Assembly (NCBI GenBank): GCA_028534125.1
Contig: CM052818.1
Span: 11,658,001-11,722,000 of the forward strand
Origin: Lama glama
Lineage: Eukaryota
Direction of reading: 5' to 3'
DNA length: 64,000 nt
The stretch's first letter is position 1, and each line of letters opens with the position of its first letter. The position numbers and the translations under genes are program-made. Below the pieces are notes generated by a model, which saw only the letters and a list, made by a program, of their open reading frames with translations, was not told the origin of the DNA and searched no databases. Positions 40,150 to 50,962 of this stretch are shown here, piece after piece.

Positions 40150-40560
40150 TTCCCGGAGTGAAATCTGAAACCGGCACACAGAGGGCAAAGAGATACCAAA
40201 AACAGAGGCTGGCCTCTCGGACCGGCCGCTCGGGACCGGAAAGCGGCAGGTTTGACAAGCGACGGGACTTACTCAGGAGGCTTGCCCCGGCGGCCACAAG
40301 AGGAGCCGAACTCCGCGCCTGCTCCCCAGAATCTTCAACGTTTATATACAGGCCTTAACTGGATTCAGTCAGTCTCAAAAACGCACTCCTCTCTCAAAGC
40401 TGCTTCCTTGCAGACGGCTGCCACTGCGGGAACAATGAGCAGACCGGACATCCTCTGGACTTCCGGTGAGGAACTTGCGGTGAAGAGCTTCCGGCTGCCC
40501 GGGTTCAGCTCTCCGTCCCGCCGTCACATCCTCCCAGTGACCGATTCCAGCAGATTCCCA
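40150..40560. promoter_or_regulatory. Small CpG-rich, promoter-like region with ETS motifs
   Basis: About 28 CpGs in ~420 bp (manual count) in an otherwise CpG-depleted window. ACTTCCGGT at 40459-40467, CTTCCGG at 40488-40494. Splice donors on both strands (minus TGA|gtaagt at 40273/40272; plus CCG|gtgagg at 40465/40466). Confidence 0.5.
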
Positions 40561-40599
40561 TTTGAACAGCTTAAATTTGATGACCCAGTCTGACTGCAC

Positions 40600-41200
40600 T
40601 CCATTTATTCTCTTTCAGATCCCCATATACAATTAGCCACTTCCAACTTCTCAAAAACATAAATCTGTTATATCGTGCTCTTGTTTCAAACCTCCAGCAT
40701 CCTCCGTCTGTGTGCAACCTCAAATCTTTGATAATTAGGTCCCAGCCTTCCTAGTCACTCTCATCACCTGCAATGCCCCATTTGGAGCCCAATGCAACAG
40801 CCTCCCAAATCATGCCATGTTCCTTCCAACCTCTAAAAATTTGTTCCTGTCATATCCTCCCCCTCACTGTGTCCCTCCTGCTCCTCTTCTTCTTGTCACA
40901 TTCAGTCTATCCTTTAAGGCCTGTTTCACATCCTCCCTTTTCCATGAAACCTCCCCCATTAACTCTAGTATATTGATCTATTTATCATCCCTAAATTTCT
41001 GTGGATATTATCTTCTGCATCTAAATTTACAATTTAGCTCTATGTTTCTCTAAACCTCTGTATGCATTGACTTTTCTTCTCACCAAACTATAAAAGCACT
41101 TTAGAAGAGGGATCATCTCCTATATTTCTTTTCCCTTTTCCCAGTAGGTTGCACAGTATTGGCAAATGGTGATGAAATTGTGGTTCAATAAATATTGGGG
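40600..41200 (+). mobile_element. L2 fragment
   Basis: 'aaaacataaatctgttatatc', 'ctatcctttaaggcctgtttcaca...tccatgaaacctcccc', 'caccaaactataaa...tagaagagggatca', 'ttcaataaatattg'. Confidence 0.65.
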
Positions 41201-42399
41201 TTATCAAAAATATTCACAGAAGTGAATTAAGTTAATAATTCTGAAGGGGGCATGAGACAGTTGTATTGATGTCTATGTATCAAAGACATATTCCTCTTAA
41301 TCATTTCAAATGAAGTACTTTGAGAAACTACAGATGAATGTGATCTTATATTAGAAGAACCAGAGAACCAATCTATGTCAGTGTCCCTGACATACAGGGT
41401 TCAGACAAATACATAAAAAATTAATCCATACACAGGACTCAAATAAGTACAAAATCAATCCCCAAAAATTAATAAAAAGATTAATAATCTAAGACATGAT
41501 TTGTACATAATAAATGCAAATGGAGTGTTTCAGTTTTGACAAAGGGAGTTCTGCCAAGTTCTACCAAGATTAGATTCAACAAAGCAGGTCACTAAGGACG
41601 GAGGAGAAAAATAGGTAAGTGGTCCAAAATTCAGTTGCATTTTGGACTTAGCCATTAAGTGCATCTAATTAAACTCCTACAAAGAGGTTTGACTGTAGGT
41701 GGGTGGTGGCACTGAAATTAACAGGGTGCACAGTGTAGAAGGGAGGAGAGAGAAGGGAGGAAAGGATCAAGAGGAAATGGAGGGAGTGGTATTTGGAGAC
41801 CACTTTAGTTGGTGAACCTTTGTGATTCTGATTTTTGGCTTTTTTTTTTTACATTTTTTCCCTTCCGCTTTGTACTCATGCCCAGATTCAAAGTGACGGC
41901 TTCATAGTAATAAATAAATAATTACAGAACCAAGAAAAGAGCCAAAAGATGTGCCAAGAAGGGTTACAAGCTTGGCTCCAGATCTCACTGTAGTGAGAGA
42001 TAGAAAGCAGGTCTGGATTTGCCTGCCTGGGTGGCTGGAAAGCAGTGACAGACTTCCAATTACAAAGCTCAGGAGGCAACTTTTCTTACCACCAGTAGAT
42101 GTCCAAGCTGCCTGACATTCATCAAAACATTTCTTTAAGGGGTAGTAATGTCTTTTTCCTTTCCTCTAGGGGGCTTAAATGTAGCCATATCTTCCCATAG
42201 ACCTTTCTTTAGGTTCAGGAATAGGCTAGGTGTGAGGAACACCTAGACTCCTATAGGGCAGTCGCCCTAGAGGACCACACCTCTGACGTCCCAGGCGAGA
42301 CCACATGTCTTTCAGCACTTGTCTCCAGCCTTCAAGACAGGCTCAGTGAACAAGAAGGTAGAGAGAAGAACAGGTGCTCTAGGGAGATGAGAATTTACC

Positions 42400-42600
42400 A
42401 AAGAATTTTTTTACAGTTTTATAAATGTTTTCACAACTATCATCTCATACAATCCTGTGAATCCAGCAGGGTAAAGATGATCATTCTCATTGCATCCGCA
42501 TTGTATAAACAAAACAGAAGCTCAGCGGTTCTGCCTGCATAGCTCTTGGTCACTGAGCTGGTATACTGCCTAGTGGGACTGGAACCCAGACACCCCACGT
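42400..42600 (-). mobile_element. MIR fragment
   Basis: 'ttacagttttataaatgttttcaca...atctcat...aatcctgtga...aaaacagaagctcag...ggactggaacccag'. Confidence 0.6.
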
Positions 42601-42689
42601 GCATCCAGATACACACAGGCCCGCAAAACAGAAGACTAAGCCTCTCGAACGATTAAAAGCTCAGGAACTTTCTGAAGACAGACATAAAA

Positions 42690-42840
42690 GCCCCAAACCA
42701 GGGCTTAGAAAATATCTAAGGCCAACTTCTTCATTTTACAGGTAAGGTCTAATTTGGTTGGATGGTTGGCCCGAAATTATCCATCAATCTCATGTAGAAG
42801 TCAGCTGTCCTAACTCCGAGTCCAGTGCTGTTTTCCACCC
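42690..42840 (-). mobile_element. MIR3/MIR fragment
   Basis: 'cttagaaaatatctaaggccaacttcttcattttacaggtaagg...tcctaactccgagtccagtgct'. Confidence 0.6.
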
Positions 42841-43099
42841 ACGGTGATGACGGCTCCTTCCATTCAGCCTGGTTTAAACAAAAAACTCTAGGTTAGGATT
42901 CATGTACCCTGACAAAGCAAATTGGAGGTTAGAACAGATACCCGATGAAACTGGGACCCGCAAACAGACTCATTGTAGTTCAAAGCCTCTCCCTTGTAAA
43001 ACAGGAAAAGCTGAGAAGAGGGCTGAGAGGTAGGATGAAGCACCAGATCCAGAATTTATAGGTCCTCCTGTGCCTCCTCACCCTACCTCTCCCCGAATG

Positions 43100-43230
43100 A
43101 TTCTAGAAGGCTGGCTGAAGGTCGGTTTCTTCATTTGCAGTATCTCGGGTGAACAAGGCCTACATCACTGGGCGGTTAGGAGAAGGTACTGAGATAATGG
43201 ATGGGAAAGTTCACCGCAAATGCCCTCCTT
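43100..43230 (+). mobile_element. MIR fragment (GC-shifted)
   Basis: 'tcggtttcttcatttgcagtat...cctacatcactgggcggttaggaga...tgagataatggatgggaaagt'. Confidence 0.5.
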
Positions 43231-45561
43231 ACTGCTGTGTTTTTCCTTTCCTGAATTACCGAGCTAATTGTCCTTCCTTTCACTTGATTTTTGTTTTTCT
43301 GTCTGTGGCCCAGGCTAGCTGTCCAGTGCGAGGGCGAAAGGCCATGGCATAATCACTCCCAGATGAGACCTTAAAAGTGTCCTTTCCCACCCTGGTGCCT
43401 CAGACAAGATCGTGGTGTATATGGGTAGCCCAGAATGTGGAACCGAGATACCCCTGAGATGTTGAAAAATAATGCCTAAGAAATAAGCTCAGCCATCTCT
43501 GAGTGCAAGTCACATGAGATTCTTCCCCTACATCTGATGAAGAAAATTGGAGAATATCCCCTTTTCAAAGGAATGTGGCTATTCCTAACACAGCTAAAAC
43601 TGAAGAGGCATGGAAAATGAATTCCGAAATCAAGAGTTTATCAAGGTGTTTCCAGCCCTGTCCAGGGTGGACGGTTCTTAAACAGCTGAACTCCCTGAGT
43701 GGAGACAAATCCATGATGCTATCAGAATCTGAGGACACTAGCTCTCAAGATTCAGATAAACCCCCTGGCTCTGAAGCCTTGCTAATCCAACAATAAAACA
43801 AGTGTTTAAATGGCAGCTTGTTAACAAGACTTGCTGCAGGGGGTGACCAGGTAGGACAGAAAATAGCCTGGATGGAAAAACCCTGGAACTCCCACTTCTC
43901 TGGGCTTATAATCAACAAGAGCACAACCAGAAAGGATACTCACTCGATTTTCCTTTCAAAAGCAATTTTGGAAAAAACAGGAAAAGATGTTGACAACAGG
44001 AACCATTTCTTTTCTTTAATTAGATTATGCTCTATGTCAGGTGCAAGTTGAGTCAAATTCTCCCTTCTTTCAGAGGCATTTTTTTTAAAAAAATGCCTGA
44101 GATAAGAAACAAAGAAGAAAGTGCATAAAATCAAAGATTTACCGATATTTTATATACTCTATTGCTAAATTCAAAAAGTGAACAAATATATTCAAGAAAA
44201 AACATTTCAATTAAGGTAGTTAGAATAAAAGGGATTATGTTACCTTTGGATTAGCCAGAAAACTCAATTAGCCAAAGTCACTATGCTTTTCAGTTAGTGA
44301 AGATTTTGGAAAATTTTATAATATAATTATACATCAAGAGTTTGTCATGAAGATAATACCCAGTTGTTAAGAGTACATAGTGTTCCGAGAATTTCTTTCA
44401 ATTGTTATTGTATTGAGTGCTATTTATTTCAGAAAGGGTCTGGAGTTAAAGAGGGGAGACACTCTAGTGATTAATCTTAAATCCTTTCAGGATGGGAACA
44501 TGGCCCTGGGCCAGCAAAATGTAAAGATCCACTGCAGAAAAAAAAAAAAATCTGCAATTCCTTCCTCAAACTTCCTAACCCAAGTGGCCAATTGCTGGTT
44601 GTCATTGCATTAATCTAATTATAACTCTTTCCTGTTGAATTTCAAAATACATGAAGTGACTGGGGAAAAAATAGCAACTTGTGAAAAAATCAAAGGGTTC
44701 CACAGCTAATGTTACATTAAAAGGTAATTACTTAACACACGAAAGCTGAACCCCACAACCTACAATTCTGCAACTTTCTATCGGCTCTTTTGCTTCTACT
44801 TTAAATAAAAGAAATCCTTTTCATTTTGTCAAGAAAACTTTTCTCTACCTCACTACTGCCTGACAAGGGAACAGATGGCAATTTAAGGGGAGAATTTATG
44901 AGAGCCACAATCTTAATGTTGCATAAAGGAAAGAAAAAGACTCGCATCAAAACCACTGACAAATGTACTTGCTAATATTAATGCACTCCCCATTCATCCA
45001 ATATGCTTCCTAATTGCTTTTCTGTACATAATAATGTGGCACCTGCTGCTCAACATTGCAAACGCATCAGGATTTCTCCAAAGTCAAACAGCTCTGCAAC
45101 TGGCCCTCTCCCAGTGATAAATGTAGAGCACTGTATCACGCACAGTTCCTGTCAGTGGCATAATTAAAATTTTATACTTACAGAAAAAGATAGTAAACAA
45201 TCAGTTCTTAAATGGATTCACAAGAGGAACTCTTGTTACAGCCAACTTTATAATTAGTATGCATCATGTACTGCTAATATATCCATGACAAGAAAATAGG
45301 GAAAAAATGAGAAACCTGACTTACTCCCTTTAATGCAATGTTTACTAAAAATTAAAAAAAGAGAGAAAAGAAAGAAGAGAAGAAAGAATCCTCTGTCCCT
45401 GTACCACTGCCTCAGGAGCTTTCTCGTGTTAGCACGTTTCTTCCCTCTAACTTGTCTGGGCTTACTCAAGTGGCGATGAGAGTAAGACTAGTGATTAGGG
45501 TGAAGAAAACTTCTGTCTGCACACACACCAGTGAAAGCACGAGCGCAAATCCCAAACAGTG

Positions 45562-45901
45562 CACGGAGTCAGAAAACTGCAACCCGCAGGCCAAATCCAG
45601 CCCGCAGACTGTTTGGGGAAGGCCTGTGAAGTGAGAGTGATTTTCACATTTTTCAATATCGGAATACAAATTAAATGAAGAATAACATTTTGGGACACTG
45701 GAAATTGTGTGGAGATCGAACATCAGTGGCCATAAATAAAGTTTTATTGGGACACAGCCAAGCTCATTCACTTACGGATGGTCTCTGGCTGCTTTCCTGC
45801 TACAAGGGCAGAGTTGAGAAGTTGCAACAGAGAGTGCATGGCCCGCAAGACCTAAAATATTTACGGTCTGGCCCTGTTCAGAAAGAGTCTGCTGGCTCCC
45901 G
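45562..45901 (-). mobile_element. MER58B hAT-Charlie non-autonomous DNA transposon (full length)
   Basis: 'caggccaaatccagccc', 'ccataaataaagttttattgggacacagcca', 'cctaaaatatttac..tctggccct', with degenerate TIRs. It is the reverse complement of the copy at 55322-55691. Confidence 0.9.
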
Positions 45902-46459
45902 ACTGAAGGCAGTTGTCCTCTAGGAACCTTTGCGAGTCGAGTGTGTATCTGTTTATACGTGTGTGCAAATGTAAACAACAATCGGTGATCCGTGAGACAG
46001 AAGTACATCTGTGTGTGTGCACGTGGGTGTGTGTGTGAAAGGGGGAAAAATATCACTCCAGGTGGAATTAAAAATTAATGTCCGAGTTGTGATAAAAATC
46101 AAATGATATTAGTTATCTACACGGGCTTTTCTTTTGGTTATAATTGTGTCTTGTCAAATCTGGGTCATCACTTTTAAATCAAGACATTTATGTTCCTCTG
46201 TCTGTGAAGAGTCCACTTCTTAAACAACAAAACAGCCAAAACAGCAACCCAAACAGCAGTAACAAAAGATTTCTTTTTGACTATCATGCAATGTTGAAAT
46301 TATGGGAGATTTAGTAAAATACCATTACTATTTGAAATAAAATCACACAATGTGATACTTGTGGGTTAAGTTTTATTTGGGGCAGTCGACATGTTTAAGC
46401 CACTTGGCTGTTTTATTTTGGCAAAGCTATGACTAAGCTTTAAAAAAAAAGTTATTTGA

Positions 46460-46776
46460 TAAAATTTCTTAGACCTGCACATGGGCACACACACAAACAC
46501 ACAAATACACAAAGGAATGCACATAAAACTGTTTAAATCTGAATAAGGCTGTGGATGGTATTAACCTCAGTTTTCTGGTGTTGCTGTTGAACTATTATTA
46601 TGTAGGATGTTACCAGTGGGGGAAACTGGACCTCTTCATACTATTTTTGCATCTTCCTGTGAATCAGTAATTATTTCAAAGTAAAGTTTTTTAAAAAGTA
46701 CATAGAACCTCTTCATACTATTTTTGCATCTTCCTGTGAATCAGTAATTATTTCAAAGTAAAGTTTTTTAAAAAGT
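46460..46776 (+). mobile_element. 5'-truncated L1 (L1MC-type) 3' end with apparent TSD and an internal 70-bp duplication
   Basis: 'gatgttaccagtgggggaaactgg...tactatttttgcatcttcctgtgaatc..taattatttcaaa' is an L1MC-like terminus. Flanked by 'aaaaagttatttga' (46446-46459) and 'aaaaagttattcga' (46770-46783). Confidence 0.75.
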
Positions 46777-49700
46777 TATTCGAGGAGAGAGAACTCCGGA
46801 CAATGGGTTGGCTCCTCTAACTAGTATGAAATTATATTGTACCCGGATTTTTTTTAATTGACAGGGAAAAAGAAAATAATGGTAGAGATAAACAAATAGA
46901 TCTAAAGACTCACACACGCTTTATATATGAAATGAGACTGAAACGAATCGATCGGTTTAATTTTTTCTGGTGACTATAGGAGGGGTTGGCGAAGGGCGCA
47001 GGGAACCAGCCAAGTGGATTCTTTGGTTTGGTGGACAAAGCCCTTAGTTGACGAGCTGACCATTTTGCTTTGCGTGGGTTGTCATGCGTGTCTTTCCAGT
47101 AAGTCCGGCCTGTAGGGCCTAATGACTATTTCTTTGCTCCTCTTTTCACATCCTACAGGCACAATCCTATTGGCCAGAACCTTTCTCTTATTGTACAATT
47201 ACCATCTTTTACATCTAGATGAAAATCCTTTTCTTCACAGCTGAAAGCTGAAAGAGAAGGGAATTTGAATCTAGAGGATTTTAACTTGCTTTGCTTCACT
47301 AAGAAAGCATGCCCCATACGATGTAGTGCCTTTTTAAAACTGCTTGTTCCTTTGAGCAAATAGTATTAATTCCAACACTTTTTTAAAGGAGGGGGAGGAC
47401 TACCTGGGAATATAAATAAAGTGAGAAATTCCTCAACTAAAGATCTCAGAGAGATTAAGGTCTAAAAATCAGAGGCACAGTTGCAGATAAAATAATTTGG
47501 ATCATGAATGAAAACGTTACACACTAAACTCCTAAGACAAACAAAACCTTCTGAAGATAAAACTGCATAAAAATTGCTGACGTGAGTGAGGAAATAAAGT
47601 ATGTTTTTAGTTTTCATGGCAGGAAGAAGATGAGATTCGTTTTTATACCAGCTCCACAAAGGCTTGCTAGCAACCTGCTTAGAATACAATAGACAGGATT
47701 TAAATTTTCTTTTCCTTTACGTGGTTTGCTCATTTGCATGCTAGGCCCCAGAATGGTCTTCTCTCTCTCTGCCATTTCACAGAAACACTGGGATCTGAGC
47801 GCTGGGAGCAAACTGAAAGGTTCAAGGGTGCTTGTGAGTTCAGCAGAAAGCTCTTTTATCAGTGTATTTGCAAGGGAAAAATGTAGTCCTTTCCCCACTT
47901 CATTGGGCAACTTTTCCTTTGAGAGACAGCTTCAAAAATCTCCTCCCCAGAACACCTTTAGGCCCAGAAAGTGCTCCGGATTCCTCAAAAACACAGAAGC
48001 AAACTCACCATGGGGATTGCTAATGAACACAGATGAAATTAGTGTAGTGCTGGTTTCGAAGGATTTTTAGAAAAAGGATCACTCCATCTTTCTCTATCCC
48101 AGTGACAGTTTCTCCAATCTCTTTATTTAAAATATCACACGTGGCTGTTATTCACACTTACAAGAAAGTCCAAGGGGGTCAAGACATTGAAGAAAAGGAA
48201 TATATACAGAACTTCTATTCCATTTTCGGATGATTAAAGCATACACAAGTGTCACAACTATTCCAACCCAGTGGCTAATAATGTAAAAGAAGAGAAGGAA
48301 ATAAACACACAACATATATGTAGATCAAACAGGAAATATCTATCCATTTCCAGTGACTGCAGCCAGTTTTTCAAGCCTAGAAAGCACATTTTCATCATAA
48401 AAAGAAATACTGTATAGGAAGAGAAATGCTCCCTCATTGCAGTATAAAGATCTCATATGTGATGCCCAACGAAATAATAAAAGGACTATATTCATCAACA
48501 GACTTAAAACTGCACGTTATTCTCTGTTACTGACAGACAACTGTTCAGACGAACTGAAAGAGGTAGGGATGGCTTTCCTATGTAAATAAGGGGAGTGGTA
48601 CTGGAGTGTTGTTTTTTCCAGCATTGCAAGAGCCCTCACAGCAGGAAACGTTTTATTGTAATGCAAATGTATTTGATTTCCTCCAAAATCCCCTTTCACT
48701 GTCTTTCCTGTCTGAATGTATCATCACACCATATTTGCAATTCTATTAAGCACCATTTTATATTAGCCTAATTTACGTAACCTGCCTAATAGGAATCGGA
48801 AATGTTACAGTTATTTTACTGGATCCAATTAGTATTTCTTTGTTTTAGCCCGAGCACAATATTGTACAATAGTCCTCAATACTCAGCTAAATGGAATAGG
48901 ATGTACTCCACGTAATACGATAAATGGAAGCATATGTTTTAAGCTAATTAAAACGCAGTTAAAACCTTCCTGAACTGAAACCAATTGCATCCTTTAATAT
49001 CTGGTGAGTGACTATTTAAAAAAAAAATCTAATAATGAAATGTCACATTATGGTGAACTTAAGAAAAAAACACAAAAGTTAAGTACTGAAAATAGCTGGA
49101 CTAAATTACTAGTGAACTGTTTCCTGGAAACGCATTTTCTCTTCTTGTGTCACACAGTGAAGAGTGAGCTTTCCCAAGTTAAATACACAAATTCACAAGA
49201 TGGGTAAAATTACTGGTTTAAATAAATCAATTAACAAGAGGGTAGAGGAATAGTTTTAAGTATTCCTAGAATTAAAAATATAGTTTGCTACCCTATTTCT
49301 TATTTAACATCTGTTCCATCTTAAGAAATATATCAAGTGTTGCCTTTCAGGCATATGTGTAATAACATATTTAGAGAAAAGAAGTTACTTGATTTCAAAT
49401 CAAGAAAATTTTGCAACAGTGATCAGTTTTTACAAGTGTCTCATTGATAACACAAATACATCAGTGGCTTTACATGGGGACACTACAGACTGTAAAGACG
49501 AGTATCTTGTGTCAAAATTGTGAAAACAGCAATAGCAACCACTGGAGCTGTTAACGCTATAAACATATGTCGTATGTAACTCCTTATAATACAGGACAAT
49601 CCCTTCTCACTAATTTCGGAATTCTGCCACTAAATTCATATCGGGTTCTTATGCTTTATCTCAGTATTGTTCCCCTAAGAATCACAGGCTTTATGAAAAT

Positions 49701-50908
49701 ATAAGCAGGATATAGTCAGCTTATATCCAGGAGGAGAAAATACTGACACGTAACCCAATTAAAAGCATAGTAGCTTCTTAATTTTCGTGTAGACACCTTT
49801 CAAACCCCATTCCCATGAAGAAAAAATAGGTTTTTTTTTAAATTCCAGCTTTGCCAAAAATAACTTTCAAAAAAAAAAAAACAGGCACAAGAGGTTTTTC
49901 ACACCTTAAAGGAGAGGCCAAAAGTTTAACGTTTAGCAAAATATCAAATGCAGTATTTAGAGAAAAAAAAAATCTTATTTTTCACTCATGGTACTAGTAA
50001 GAAACAATACTGAAGTGAACCCGCGGCTGACTGGAGATTTTTTACGGTAATATCATGATGGTTGCACTAAAAATGAGAGCGTGCTTTATGTCATTTCTTT
50101 CGACTTTGCCATTAACTCCATAACAGCTGGCATCAAATACACTAAATTGTGAAATAATGAGCCTGTATATTGCTAGCAATTACAGAGTTAAGTTGAATAA
50201 ATCCTCAGAGTACGAAATAAGTGTGCTTTCCACCTGACAATAAATTAAAGGTGACACCTGCCTTAATTTAAAATTGCCTAAGATCATAGATAAAAATCAA
50301 CAAAAAATACTGTGATTGAAACCACATCTCAAAGTTTGCCAGGTTTGACTATATCCATTTCATATATGTTTATGACATCTGTCATCTCCATCTATTATTT
50401 AAACACTTTTTATGCATTGCTGAGTTATGAAGTATGTTTGTGATAACTATACTTTTGAATCTGAAAGCCCAGATTGTGAATGCTATATATCTTGGTTTCC
50501 TCGTCAATATATATATATATATATATCTGAACAGAAACTAGATAACCAAACCACAATATTCTTTACAGTATGACACCAGAGAAGCTGTGCCTTCAGAAAA
50601 ACAATGCAGTTTAAAATGTCTGAGGACCAGATTTTGTTGGAATGCTGCTGGTTACCACATTACCATCGCTTTTCAGTGAAATGCATGCAAGTCGTGAAAT
50701 TAATTTCTTCTTTAATTAATTTTGGAAAAATATATTTTATAAAAATATAATGTAGACCACAGATTAGTGGACTATGTCCAAAAGGAATTCAGATGGCAGC
50801 GGCAGTTAGATATTCACACAGCCAGGGACTTGGGTTTGATCTGTCAGCATAAAAACATTCTATGCAAATTAGTCAGAGGGGGATGGGACAGGTACCAACA
50901 CAGGACCC

Positions 50909-50914
50909 CTCTCT

Positions 50915-50959
<45 letters not shown>
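50909..50959. repeat. Compound (CT)5(AC)20 microsatellite
   Basis: Seen directly. Confidence 0.95.

Positions 50960-50962
<3 letters not shown>

Noticed and set aside
40023..40599. Four overlapping ORFs, considered as ERV gag leader or a coding exon
   Set aside because: No primer-binding site after the LTR and no gag-like motifs; GC-rich sequence is depleted of stop codons, so such ORFs are expected.
42725..42750. Plus-strand AG|GTAAG recursive-site-like motif
   Set aside because: It coincides with the MIR core (cattttacag-gt-agg), where this motif arises routinely.
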